From assembly GCA_013115145.1 (NCBI GenBank), contig JAAPAO010000180.1, positions 1-57,229 on the forward strand: a DNA stretch of 57,229 nucleotides, in the 5' to 3' direction. The stretch's first letter is position 1; each line of letters begins with the position of its first letter. The notes under the pieces are model-generated. The model was not told where the DNA came from. It saw only the letters and a program-made list of their open reading frames with translations, and ran no database searches. Shown here in pieces: positions 12,601 through 24,434 of the stretch. Origin of the DNA: Perkinsus chesapeaki ATCC PRA-425. Lineage: Eukaryota > Protista > Perkinsozoa. Both the position numbers and the translations under genes were made by a program.

Positions 12601-13518
12601 AAGGTCTCCGGTTCGAATACCCCTAGCGACTTCCCCCACAGGTGCACGATCTCGAGAAGGCCTTCGTTAAGATAGATATAGACCACGATGGAGTAGTGCA
12701 GTTCTCTGAGTTACTCAGGGTTATCGCTCCAGCACATCGAGGAGACCTCCAGTCGGTCTTTCGTACATTCGCCAAAAGTCACAACAACTCAGGCGGGGGA
12801 GAGGTTCCAACCGAAGGGTCGCAGGTTCAATTCCAAGATGCGTTGTTTTAGGTACCAGAAAATGATCATGATTTTGAAGTTGAATATTCGCAGTTCTTGG
12901 CCGCTGCGGTTCACATGCGATCTGAAATGTTTCGAGATAAGATGAGAGAAATCTTTGGACGATTTGACATCGATGGAAATGGCACAATTTCCGAGGATGA
13001 ATTAAAGTAGGTGTCGCGCGCCACGAAATTATGAGATCATTGGCATTTTAGGATGATTCTCTCACACAGTCCGTCTACAAATAATGATGACCTCGACGCT
13101 GAAGTGGCCGAACTTTTAGCAAAGTTCGACAAGGATGGAAATGGTGTGATAGATTATGAGGAGTTCCTCACAGCTATGGATGACGATGAGGGAAGTCGAG
13201 ACAAGACCTGGATATGGGCACAACGCCACGAAATTCACTCTGTACGTTTACTCCTTTCCGCCTATTTTAGTTGTTGTTTAGGCACCACTGTTAGACAAGC
13301 ATAGCCCTTATGTTGGAACATTCGCCCATGCACCAGGTGGATCACCGTTATCGAGAGGATCATTATCCACTCTACCGAGGGACCTGGCATCATCATCACC
13401 ACGAATGAGTGCATACCACCAGAGCCCAGTGACCAGTGTTGTACGGGCAGTTCACCCACTTCCAAAGCCCATGCGATCTGCTGCGGTTTGTTGTGACCGA
13501 GGGTGTAACGTCATGTGA
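9603..13518 (+). CDS. CDPK: calcium-dependent protein kinase (kinase + EF-hands), many short introns
   Basis: ELGHGATATVRK, FALKSL, NEVEIFLSVDHPNI, VHRDIKP, DFGLA, GTLSYMAPE, CDIWGVGVI, RFTARQALDHPW, EF loops DIDHDGVVQFSE, DIDGNGTISEDE, DKDGNGVIDYEEF; start and last exon less certain. Confidence 0.92.
10219..10292 (-). pseudogene. degenerate full-length tRNA filling CDPK intron 10213-10300
   Basis: rc GGCGGAATAGCTTAGACGTTAAGGTCCGCATATTGTAAGGTCCGCAGTCCCCGGTTCAATCCCTATGCCCGTCA; TAGCT A-box start and GGTTCAATCC B-box, stems broken. Confidence 0.65.
10556..10590 (-). repeat. tRNA 3'-half-like element, antisense in CDPK intron 10555-10606
   Basis: rc AGAGGTCCCTGGTTCGATTCCCGGTAAGGTCA. Confidence 0.8.
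10665..10693 (+). repeat. tRNA 3'-half-like element forming most of 40-nt CDPK intron 10666-10705
   Basis: AG|GTCGATGGTTCGATCCTCGGTTGTAGCA TTTT..AG. Confidence 0.8.
10803..10832 (+). repeat. tRNA 3'-half-like element in 40-nt CDPK intron 10800-10839
   Basis: AGGTCGTGGGTTCGATCCCTGGTGAAGGTA. Confidence 0.8.
10944..10970 (-). repeat. tRNA 3'-half-like element, antisense in CDPK intron 10901-10980
   Basis: rc CCGCAGGTTCGATTCCCAGTAGAGACA. Confidence 0.7.
11077..11122 (-). repeat. tRNA 3'-half-like element, antisense in CDPK intron 11073-11124
   Basis: rc GATTTGGAATCCAAACACTCAGGTTCGAATCCTGGTCAAGACA. Confidence 0.7.
12591..12630 (+). repeat. tRNA 3'-half-like element in CDPK intron 12589-12641
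   Basis: CGTAATCGAAAGGTCTCCGGTTCGAATACCCCTAGCGAC. Confidence 0.7.
12805..12842 (+). repeat. tRNA 3'-half-like element in CDPK intron 12804-12851
   Basis: TTCCAACCGAAGGGTCGCAGGTTCAATTCCAAGATGCG. Confidence 0.7.
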
Positions 13519-13568
13519 CCTTTGTATTGTTCATTTCTCATCTTCTCGGGCTAATTCGGTTTCTTTCA

Positions 13569-16500
13569 ATGAACATGCTGAGTCGCCAGTTGAATACCAT
13601 GGTAGAGTAAGCGGTAGATCGCAATACAAGGCTAAGGTTTATCTCGCAAAACGGAGTCAGCACCTCTTATGCGAGCTATAATCAAAACCCCACCCGATCT
13701 GCCGTTTAAAATATTCACTGAGTGTAGTTTAGAATTGTTAGTCTCAATCTTCTGGTCAAGTTGTTCATTAATCAATGTGTCAGCCGTGAAAGATATGCTT
13801 ATACGAATAGTAAGGAAGTTCATACTTAACTATGACGGAATGATGCATAATAATCGCTTTGAAGTAATTCAGTTAATAACCTCGAGGACCACCTCACCCA
13901 ATGCCCACTATGAGAGACTGTACATTCGTATTACCACCATTGACACGTAGTGTTCTTCATGGCTTCGGCTATACCATCAATCGATCGCATCACCATTCGC
14001 ATTCACGTACACGACGATTCGCCTGCATGCGAAGAATATGAAGCTCTTAAGAAGATACTCTCACTATGGCGTTCATTAGCCGCTATGGAAGCCCGAATGA
14101 CGGCTCGCTCCTGGAGAGTTGAACGTTACAATCTCGAGTTGGTTACAGCGAGACACTTCAAGGATTGGCTGAAGCTAGCCAGAATTATCAAGTGGTCACG
14201 CAATGATCGATTGTTGAAAAGATGCGCCTGGAGGCCTCAGCTAGCCAACGCTTGCTCGAGGACAGTCCTAAAGGGTGTCTGTTTGATGGAATGGAAGAAA
14301 AGAACGCAAAGGGTAACGGAGACCATCGACAGGCTGTCTGGAAGAGTACAAGCTCACTCATACCTACAAGTTGACGTTCCTTCGTATTCTAGGCTCATCT
14401 AATTGCCCGAGTCATCCATCCTGTAGTCCTTCCGGCTTGGAAACAATTTGCTCAACATGCGTATCTCATTCGAGCTCGTGTCGATGCATTACATCGTCAG
14501 TACACCCAGCATTTATTAACTGAATTCTTTAACTCTTGGTGAGGCTCAGACCAAAGCAGTAGAAGCCTATATCACTTTTATTAGGGCCTTCGAGGCCTTC
14601 CACCTAAGAGTATTCATATTGCGAATCGAGCGACGTTTACTATGGGAATACTCGATATCTTGGAAGAGCACAGCCTCGCATAGGAGCGCCAGGCGAGAAG
14701 CGCTTCTTGAAGAATGGAAAGAACGCAAAGTCAAACACATTAGCGATACATTTCCAGCCTGTGTAAGAGAACAATAGCATAAAATGGAGTATACCGCTCT
14801 GGCAGATTAACATCCCTTTGGTGGCCCGGGCGGAACCAAGCATTGTTGTGCGTGCTGTATTCTACTTACTTCTGTCGAAGACAGCTGCTCGTCGGCAGTT
14901 GCGATACTCCTCTGCTCTTGTTGTTACCGTTACTGGCCGCAGACTGATATCGAAGGTATTACTTAACATTAAGAGGCTCTATAAAACTAACCAACAATAT
15001 CGGCTTAATCTCCCACGAAAATGCTTGAGAAGTTGGTTACGTGCAACCAGCTGTGCCGTAGTACTTCGCAGCATCAATAACGAACTGAGCCGAAAGGTTC
15101 TAAGTAAGAGGCTCCGCGCATGGAAAAGGCTGGCTGAACGCCGCTACCGAGCGAAGTAACGCTCATTGACCGGCATAGTGGCCGACCGTTTCCTCAGACT
15201 GCTTCTTGCCAGCGCTTTCATGCCGTATGCTACCAGAGGGCCATCAGGGGGTTCTCTCAAGCATGTCATCTTGAGACCGATTGTCTGCAGTTGGCATGCT
15301 ATAATGCTTTCCCGCAAAGAAACGCGATCATCAGGGGAGTTGGTAAATATACTGTTTTATACTCCACTTTTCTCATTCTTCCAGGTCACATTTCTGTGTC
15401 GCAATCGAGTCTCCCCTACGCGCATAGTAGCACTACATTTCACAGCTTGGCTCGTTACTTCCCGTCAACATCAGCGTTTGGCTGCTTTACGACGCCTACG
15501 AGATAGGATGGGACTTCATAGTGCTCTAGATGCGTGGGCTAGATGGAGCCTATTCATCCGCAAAGCCGGTAATGTAGCCACTGCCAAACGACACGGGGCT
15601 ACTCTCAAAATATTTCTCAAAGAATGGAGAAGAAAGTATATAAACAACCTTCTCGCTGAAAGAGGTAAAACGGTCATTGTTGAGTGAGCAGCCATTTCCC
15701 TTCGTTAAGTTGCCTCCCTATCTTATCACTACGAGGTCGCTGCACTCGTCGAAGGCTGGCGAAGGTGGAAATTCACGATTGCCATTGCCCGACTTATTGA
15801 ACGAACGTCGCTGAGATACCAACGAAACGCCTTCCGGTGACCTCTACTCAACTCCGCGGACCTTTAGCTTTCTTGTAGGCTTTGGCACCATCGTCGAGCC
15901 GTTGCGGCTTTCCTCCGAAAATCTGCTTCAGCGCGGTCTAGCACCGCCCTCCTCCAGACTCTAAGACCTTGGCATAACCTTATTGCCAGAACCATTGCTG
16001 GCCGCCAGATGGCTCAAATAATATCATTCAATCGACGATCTTGTCGCATTAGGAGTATAATGGAAAGATGGAATTGCCACGTCAGACAAAAGCTGACCGT
16101 CAAAGAGAAAGTAGAGACCTTCGATGCATACCTCGGTCTCTTTTCAGCGTTAAGAGAATATCACCTCAGTTGCGCCTTTGTCTTCTTTTGAGCGAAGTTT
16201 GGGTTCCCACTTGCTTGGAAATTCCTTTTTGTTACGTCCATACGTGGGAGACCACTTTACTTGTCTCTCTCTAGGGACACGCGCTGGTTGCCAAGATGAA
16301 TTCCGTCCGATATGCCTGGCGGCGTTGGCGATATCGTCTAAAGAGCACCCGAGATCTGTGGGAGTCTGTTCAAGCTGCTGTCATCATGAAGTAGCGTCAG
16401 CGGAACTAGTTATCAGAAATAATCGTCCTATGCTCAGGTTCACGAGAAATAAACTTGCGATGATCGCAGCGGCATGGCTTCATCAAGCTAGTATGACTAA

Positions 16501-18226
16501 ACGCTTGAACGTCCTGGCTGACCAGCATGATAATAGTTTCGTCAAAAGTGCTTTCAGTGGCTGGTTGAAGCTGATACGTGCTAGGCTATTGTATCATATT
16601 TGGGATTCCGAGCGATCACTGAGGATGACGCAACGTTGTTGGATGGCCTGGAATACACATCGCCGAGTGCGGTGCAGGTCACCGGATATGGGAGATTCTA
16701 CATTCCAAACCTCTCTGACAGATACTCTAATAATTTCCGTCTGCTTTGTGTCGCTAGACGCTTGACATATTTTTCGGCGTGGTATAAAGCTGCCAAATTG
16801 ACCCGGACTGCTCAGATGGCGGTATGCTAGACACTCGAATGCACCGAAAGCAATGTTTATCAGGAATATCTGCTCACTCCAGCTCGCATTGCTCCGGTCT
16901 TCAATGCATGGAGAGCCCATCATCGACTACAGCGGCCCAAACGGCTTCTGAGGTGTTTATTTAGGTGACTCAGACGCTAATTGGTCAACTTAAATTGACA
17001 CTTCCTTTCTTCTAGGCTCTGGCGTTGCTTTTCGCGAGCATCAACAGACCTCATTCACTGTGCTGGTCGAGTTGAAGCTATGCGCCAGAGGAACCTACTC
17101 CGGCGCGCACTCTGGCAATGGGCCAATCGAGTCGTCTCATTCGATCATCTCACTCGAACGCAAGCCGACGTCCTGGATATCTGCTCACTCTATATGAACA
17201 ATGCCAGACGTTTGACAGAGTCGATCACAGATAGGGTGCAAATTGATTGGTACCGTCTACTAAACACCATGAATAGTCACTCGATAGACGCTAACTCCGA
17301 TGGTCGGGAGGGCCTCAGAAGCTCAATGCATGAGTGGCAGCGGTAGAGAAGCATCGTTCCCCCAATTTTGACATCTTGTGCTGTTTCAGGCTATCAGGGA
17401 TGCTCCGTGAGGGAGAGCTTCCGCGATCTTATGAGCTGGAATGCCCATCATTATTTGGATCCTTGAGACGTACCGGAGAAGATCTGATTTCTCATGCTAC
17501 CGAAACTCTCTGACATTCTGGGGTTGCTTTGTTGTTCCCAGTGTCTGCAGCATCATTCTGGCATAACAAGGAAAAGCAGGTTGAGATACCTGCTGGGCGT
17601 AGCCTACATGATACATACTGGAACGATTGGAAATCTATTCACCCCGACCACACTCAAATGTGACAGCGCGCGCTCGAAAGTGTGGTAGTTTTACAGCAAA
17701 CTACTTGTCGGCAGATCCCGTTGCCATCCGATCTACTTCTATCCCTCATCTATTGGTCAGAAATTCTGACTCAGAGCTACAGTCGCGGGAGGGCCCGGTC
17801 CATGCCACGGTTGGTGTGGGCAACGGGTATCACGCTTCCGTGCCGCACCGAAGCGTGATACCCTTTGCCCACACCGCACATTTGAAACGGGTGTCTTTCA
17901 ATCGTGGGAAGGCGCTTGCAGCCGTACAGAAATCAGGAGCATACGTGTGTACGTTTTCTCTCGAGCTATCGATGCTAATTATTCAACCTTATTCCCACCT
18001 CCTCCCTAAACTCGCGTACTTCAATAAGAACTTAACGAGCTCCATGCTTGAGAGAGATATTACTGGACTTCCTATTAAACGCAACCTGCAGGAACCGAAA
18101 TTGATCAAAAGGAATATTCTCATTCCAGAGTCGTCTAAAACATTCCGGGCTCCCGGGGGATCATTAAAGCGATCAACCTCGGTACCGCAATGGTGTCGCG
18201 TTCTACAAGTACGGACAGCGACATAG
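13569..18226 (+). CDS. Sfi1-like centrin-binding repeat protein (multi-exon)
   Basis: Many basic helical repeats ending F/L-x2-W-K/R (HFKDWLK, LMEWKKR, LRAWKR, FTAWL, LDAWARW, FLKEWRRK, FSGWLK, FSAWYK, VFNAWRA, LWQWANR); boundaries approximate. Confidence 0.6.
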
Positions 18227-18425
18227 ACAAATACAGGGCTGAAATAGTATTGCCGACGGGGGTTACGAATCACAGCATATAAGAAAATGGTGATTAACCC
18301 CATGATAGATCCTGTCGATGACAGCTGAAGGCTGGCAGTGATCGCGGTAGAGCACACGTGAACACAGAGTTGGAGAGTCACAGTAACTGGACTATCATGC
18401 GTTAATATCTGTACCAGGGAAGCCA

Positions 18426-19529
18426 CTATGCCGTATACTCCTGCACCTGCATTACTCCAGCCGGTAGGTCAAAGCCGGTCGCATAGGTTGTGAAGAAAGG
18501 TCTTCCTAATATAATTCCTGCAGCGGGCGAAGGGTAGAGCCAGAGTGTACACCAAGATTCATCACACGGAGTGGCATATTTCTTCAGGGGTATGCGGATA
18601 GTGAACGGTGCTCCCCCTGAGGTGCCAACAGTAAAAGTTAGAGTCGGTAGGTGATCAAAACCCTTCTTTTGAACGTACCAGACCACACCGGAAGTCTTGA
18701 CGTGTATGTCTTGTCCAGAATCTTTACTTGCTAACTCCACCATCTTGTTGAGGACAATTTCGAATATACTTCGCGGTAGAACGATTGGGTGTGCTCCAGT
18801 ATCATACACAATAGTTACTTGAGTCACCGGTTGACTGAATGTGGCACCTTTCGAGCTCACCATCCCAAAGGTGGCCAGGGATGAATCTAGTTTCGCCGTC
18901 ACAGACGGTCCCCTCAATTGTATTTCGGTTACCGGCTGTCTAGCTGGGCATGCTCCTTGAGAAACTCCTAGTATTAGATTCCCCTTGAATTCATGTGGCT
19001 GGCCAGGAGAGCATATGCGAAAAGCCCATTCATCGATGACACCATTTATATAGAGTTGACGGTGTATCGGATAACGGCCTTGTTGAGAACCATAGTCAAG
19101 CCCCATGATATTAAATGGTGGCTCATTAGGATAAGCTTGTCTAGGACTATAACCGATAATTAAGCCGAATTCGACAGTTCCCACAGATTCCCCATTCAAC
19201 ACCAGATTCCCTTTCTGAAGGGAATATTCATACATCATACCGCTAGCGAATGCCACTGTATACTTCTCCTTCTTGTAAGGATTGCATTTAGTTGGACAAG
19301 TATAACAGCCGGAAGGGAGACTCTTGCATGCACCTTTTCCATACTTCTTCTCATACCAATCGCTGTAGACAACGTAGGTAAACCCATCGCCACTGTCCAT
19401 CGTAAACTTTAAGGGATTCTCGTCTATGGCCGTCGAGCTGATCACTCCATCCACGAAGGGAAGGTTAATGTTGCCGTGGACAAGCAAAGCCGTAGTCGTT
19501 ACAATGTGATAAACTTGAAGTAAGCTCAT
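18426..19529 (-). CDS. secreted pepsin-like (A1) aspartic protease, intronless
   Basis: 367-aa single ORF, hydrophobic N-terminus, FTMDSGDG and IVYDTGAH catalytic motifs, IILGRPFFTTYATGFD C-terminal signature. Confidence 0.85.
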   Translation of the reverse strand: MSLLQVYHIVTTTALLVHGNINLPFVDGVISSTAIDENPLKFTMDSGDGFTYVVYSDWYEKKYGKGACKSLPSGCYTCPTKCNPYKKEKYTVAFASGMMYEYSLQKGNLVLNGESVGTVEFGLIIGYSPRQAYPNEPPFNIMGLDYGSQQGRYPIHRQLYINGVIDEWAFRICSPGQPHEFKGNLILGVSQGACPARQPVTEIQLRGPSVTAKLDSSLATFGMVSSKGATFSQPVTQVTIVYDTGAHPIVLPRSIFEIVLNKMVELASKDSGQDIHVKTSGVVWYVQKKGFDHLPTLTFTVGTSGGAPFTIRIPLKKYATPCDESWCTLWLYPSPAAGIILGRPFFTTYATGFDLPAGVMQVQEYTA

Positions 19530-20699
19530 GAACAGAGTTTGAAATGATAACTTATGAATGCTCTACTGAAGGCGACTTGTTTATAGATAAACCCCGCACA
19601 CACAAAACGAAGTCGAACTTACCTATCGTTACGCTACGAATCCGTAGCCTACGATCGTCGAGCAACTTGTGTGAGCAGGCGTGCGTTTCCTGTACTGTGT
19701 GTCACGCAGCCCGTGAGAGAACCCCCGATACTTGAGGGCAATAAGTCTGTTTTCAGGCCAGTTCGCTTTTTGATGAACCCTTTATCAGAACAAAAGCCGT
19801 ACTGTCTAGGGGAGCAAACTTCCTCCTTACCCGTTCAGTCCGGGCGGTTATCTCTGGAGAATGTGTGTTTCCGTTGCTACCTGTCACAGTGACCGTGATT
19901 GTCACTCATTGGGAGGGAAACAGTGGGGAATTCCCACTCTCCCACTTTCAATATTTCTCAAGTATACTTTACTACAATTTCTACTGGGAATCGACGCCAG
20001 GTGGCTTTGTTGCCCATCAGGGGTTCTGTGCAATCGAGGGGGTAAAAAGTCATTTTGCAGCGAGAGAGGGTTAGCTGGCTCGTACCCCGCGCTCTAAACT
20101 GAACTTGAGACGCCGAATCTCCTTGCTTTCCTACCCTGTACTACGACGAATTTCCGTCCTTGCGACGGATGCTTTCCGTCTTTTTTGCTGATAACTATAA
20201 TTTTCTTAACTTTAGTATTTCGATGCTTTCCTTTACACTGGCCGGTGCTGGAAAGCGCTTGCCCACCGCGTCGTTCCGGCAGGAATGCGCCTTGGACGAA
20301 GGAACTCCCGCAGGAAGATTTTTCGCTTAGGCGGTACCACTTTTTGAGGCTTTTCACGAGTTGAACTCATTGAGTTCAGTCGAGTAGGTGTGATTATCTC
20401 GTGCCCGTTGTATCTCTTTATAGTACTAAGCTGACATTTTCTGATGGTTAATCCTTCTTCGTCTGATGCCCCGACTGTTGGGTTTGCACCAGAAAACGAG
20501 TGGCTTGATCCCGCTATGGCTACAATTTCTTCAGAATCTCAAGTTCAGATGATTTCTTTTTTTCAGAAAAGAAGAAATTCAGAAATTTTGCAGATTTTTT
20601 TTCCTAGCAAAAATGCTCGCATATACACTGGGACAACCAAACGGTCACAACGGCGCTGATGTCACAGTAAAAACCATATGGCGTAAGCCTTATATTCTT

Positions 20700-21205
20700 A
20701 CCGACTGTGGTGCATGGCTTACGCCGTTGCCACCCTCCGAACTGGTTCCCAACGACTTGAACTGTGAGCTACGCCCGCTGATTCAATACTCCATGGGGAC
20801 CGCTATAGAATTCCACCTCAGCGAAGTATCTATCCTTACGCTCCCTTTGCAAAACAACACATGTGCTCGTGGACTTGACGAATCACCAGGCTGCATCTGG
20901 CGGAGCTCAAGCCGATCCCGCTATCAAGTGAGCAGCTCATTTTGAGCTTGTTGAATGATAATTGAGCTCGGTGTCAGTTATAACCACAGTTTACGTAATA
21001 TGCGCCCTGAATGCAACCTGGGCGGTTTAGTACCAAGTCGTGAACACGAAGGAAGCGCTAGTAGAGGTAAAGCAGTAATGTTACTACCAGCGAGTACTAC
21101 TATCGTTGTTAGCCGTCCTCGCCTAATTGAAATTAGGAGTGGTGAATTCCGTGCTAAGTCTCGGGCAGCCAAGTAATTATCCTCTACACGACGCTCTGCT
21201 GCCAT
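20700..21205 (-). CDS. small hypothetical protein
   Basis: MAAERRVEDNYLAARDLARN.. plus downstream exon-like RDRLELRQMQPGD..; not recognised. Confidence 0.2.
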
Positions 21206-21651
21206 TTTCTCTCATGGCAGTTGTTACAGTTGGTGACTGCTCTCGGTAACTGCCTACTATTCAGTCGACAGTTCACAGTATCTCGCGGGGGACTCCTCCA
21301 CACTGGTATTGCGAGCCGCAGAAATGTCCACTTAATGCCTTCCTTCTCAATTTGTTTGTCCCGTGTCCTATGACAAATCTTGTCTTATCTAGGCTTCTCA
21401 AGCCGTGTTTGCCCTTGAGCTTAATCATGATGGTTATTCACTATGAGTACATAACGCAAGCCCGTAGTTATGAGCACAACTTGGTAAATGTTGCATGAAT
21501 TCATCACTTCTTACTTCCGAAGCTGCTGAATATTCGACCCTTCAAAGCAGATAACGCTAAAGTGGGACCACTAGCAGGTTTCGATCTCGGGACGATCTCT
21601 CTCATCCTAAACACCATAACATATTCTTGCAGTGCAAGCTCATGCTACTGC

Positions 21652-23800
21652 TTACCCTCCAACTTCAGCGTAAGGTGGAGGCGTTAAGCTCCCTGACAAG
21701 AGGAAATAATTTATCATATCATCGCTCGATCCTTTGCTCACTTGGTTGGTGTTCGAAGTCCGCATGGCGGTATGGCCGCGCTGGAGGAGTGAGATCCCGT
21801 CTAAAGGATCCAACGTGACGCGGTGGCGTGCCTGATCATGTCTGATATAAGCGGATTCAGATAAGGTGTACTTACGATGAACAGCACTCTGAACTGGTGG
21901 ACTTGGAGGAGCTGCATTTATTGATCTGATCCACACTTAGCCCCCCCCTGCAGTAGTATGCTACTTATGTCCAGGTGGCATTGGTGGTGGAGGCTGCCAT
22001 ACTGGCTGCTGTGATGAGGATGATGATGTTGCTGCTGCACTTCTTCTGTAAGTCGACGTTTGACTACTCTCCGTCACAGGCGATACTGATACTGGAGCTC
22101 CGGTTACCTAACAACACTTCAGTAAACATTGTAGTATAACTTAAGACTCACTGGATTGATGGCTGGCTTCATTTGCCTAAGTCGGGCAGCAAGAGGTGGA
22201 AGTTTAGGACCTTCTGTATGCCGATCTATAACCTGAAATTATCCACATTATTTGGCACCATTGCTACAATTCTGCCGATAAAATCGTTGGTCCTGTAGCT
22301 CAGTGGTTAGAGCGACGGTCTTATGAGCCGTAGGTCGTGGGTTCGACCCCCGCCGGGACTATTAATACCTCGTCATATACGGGCATGCCGAACGTAGCTG
22401 TCTGTTCCAGGTGTCCTTCATGAGCATCAAACAGTGTTCCTCCTCCACCCTACAGACCGGTTACTTTGTGAAACGTGAATGTTGTACTCCTGCTACCCTC
22501 ACAAGCGATGTCGATTTGCCGAAGTTAGCGGTTGCCTCCAAATCATCAACTTCCTGATATTTACTTCGTGAATAATTCAGATCGTTGGATTCTAAGCTTA
22601 CTCCCCGTTGTGGCGTTGAGTCTCTAACAAGTGATCGGCTCCGCGGTGGTGTTAAACTCGACAACCGGCTGGATGAATGCTGAGAATGAATCCCATAAAC
22701 ATCCTATCTTGCCGTTCTTTCATATGCGCGCGATACGGATGTAGCCCCTTTTCGTGGCGCGTGAATGAGTACACGCTCCAACCTTTTGAGCTGCTTCTGC
22801 AGTGTGTGTGTGACCGTGTTGCCTATCTATCAGATCCTTCATTCCGCATGTATGACTGGCTCCACTCGCTAGACTAATGAGCAGCCTCACCGCTAATGGT
22901 GGTGTAGATGACCGAGAGAGTGAGGTGTATATTTCCGCTCTCAATTTAATTAAATCCGTATCATGAGGGAACTTGTTCAACGCTATCGTTAGAGCCTTCT
23001 GAGCATTGCCTGACATACCAGGCTGAAGTTTACGCTGTTGAGACTCACAAAAACTTACTCAGATATCCTGTCTTAACTTGAGCCCTCACTAAATTATAAT
23101 GTGCACGAACTGACTGCTGATTGATGTCAAGCTAAATGAGCAATTAACCTCAAAACTCAAACCCATCTTACGCATTTCTCAGCATCCTCTTGGCTCTCAC
23201 TCCACTTTCCCAGTGCAGCATACGCTGTGGATCGATTACTAACACGGCCATGGATTTAGAAAAGTGCACCCCCGCCTGATGAGCCAATCATTACCTATAA
23301 TATACGTGATTAGTATTGTCGAGTTCAATTGCCACACTATAATGTTTAATAGCTTCTTCGAAGTTCGATGAACGATAGCAAATGTTCCCATTTTCCTTCT
23401 CCGCCTGTCAAGCGTCACTGCGCCACAAAACTACCATACACTCCTCCGGTACATCAGCCCGAATACGTTGGTTTTTAAGGAGCTCAATATCGAACTTCTG
23501 TCTCTTATCAGGGTCTCGCAGAACCTTGAAAGATTGAAATGTTGCTCGCCGGGATCGAACCCACGACCCTAGTACAGCATAAGCCTCGTTTATCGCTTGA
23601 CTCTTTTCCAGGACTTTATCTCTACTCTCATCCTGATGCTTGTCAGGATGCCACTGTTTCATCAACTCTCGATATCTAAACATTCTAATCTATCCACTGT
23701 CGTACGAGCGAAGGCGAGTCTGCGTAAACACCAGAGGGCCGTCATATATTATTATTTCGTACGTTGGCCAACCTTCGTTGGCAACTTCGAAAGATCCCCA
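21652..23800 (-). CDS. DnaJ (J-domain) protein with low-complexity C-terminus
   Basis: YRELMKQWHPDK..SQAINEAYA|VLRDPDKRQKFD; downstream exons in frame; ends approximate. Confidence 0.75.
22289..22361 (+). tRNA. trnI-TAT: tRNA-Ile (TAT), intronless, antisense in an intron of the DnaJ gene
   Basis: GGTCCTG..CGGGACT acceptor, GCTC-AGTGGTTA-GAGC D arm, ACGGT-CTTATGA-GCCGT anticodon arm, GGTTCGACCC. Confidence 0.93.
23540..23569 (-). repeat. tRNA 3'-half-like element in 51-nt J-domain intron 23525-23575
   Basis: rc GGGTCGTGGGTTCGATCCCGGCGAGCAACA + TTTC. Confidence 0.8.
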
Positions 23801-24222
23801 GTAATCCACCACTCGCTACCGTAGTCTCAGACTATATGCATGTGCTTGTACTGTGAACATCCTATACGTAACATAAGTTGAAGGATTTTATGAAATTCTG
23901 GAAGACTTTTGTCTCTCCCATGAGTAGTATGTTTGCTAATCCAGTCAGTAAAGCCCACACGAGGAAAACCAATAGATAGCCCAACCCCGGGCGGCGGCGG
24001 CGGCTCTCTCAGTATTACGATGATTTAATATCGTTCTCCGAGGCATTCGGGGATACCCCCAAAACATCATAAAGATTCTTGAACTCGGTGGAGGTCATGC
24101 ATCAATTATAAACTGAGGTATAATTTTGTGGCGCAGTGACGCGTTCCCATTATTAACAACTCGAAGAGTGTATTTTGTTTGTATTGCATTAATCCGAAAT
24201 GATATTAGTGAAGTGATGAGAC

Positions 24223-24434
24223 TTATTTGATGCTCTTCTTCTTTGACATCAAAGCTTTAGCAGCGGCCTTCTCAGCAGCCTTCTTTTCGCTCTGAAAAAT
24301 AAATTGTTAGCGGAGCGAAGCAAACTAAATCTTACCATTTGTTTCTTCATAGCGACGGTATCAGCATCCTCTTCCTTATGGGACTTGGCGGCCTTGAGTG
24401 GCTTAGCCTTTCCACCTTGAATATGACGACTCAT
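24223..24434 (-). CDS. TMA7: translation machinery-associated protein 7 (2 exons)
   Basis: MSRHIQGGKAKPLKAAKSHKEEDADTVAMKKQM|SEKKAAEKAAAKALMSKKKSIK*; GGK-KPLK signature. Confidence 0.75.

Noticed and set aside
13224-13235. CGCCACGAAATT motif instance
   Set aside because: Probably coding (QRHEI) in the preferred CDPK model, so not counted as intronic.
21265-21305. Possible LTR primer-binding site (rc TGGAGGAGTCCCCCGCGAG)
   Set aside because: No LTR pair or gag/pol ORF nearby, and poor match to the local tRNA-Gln 3' end.
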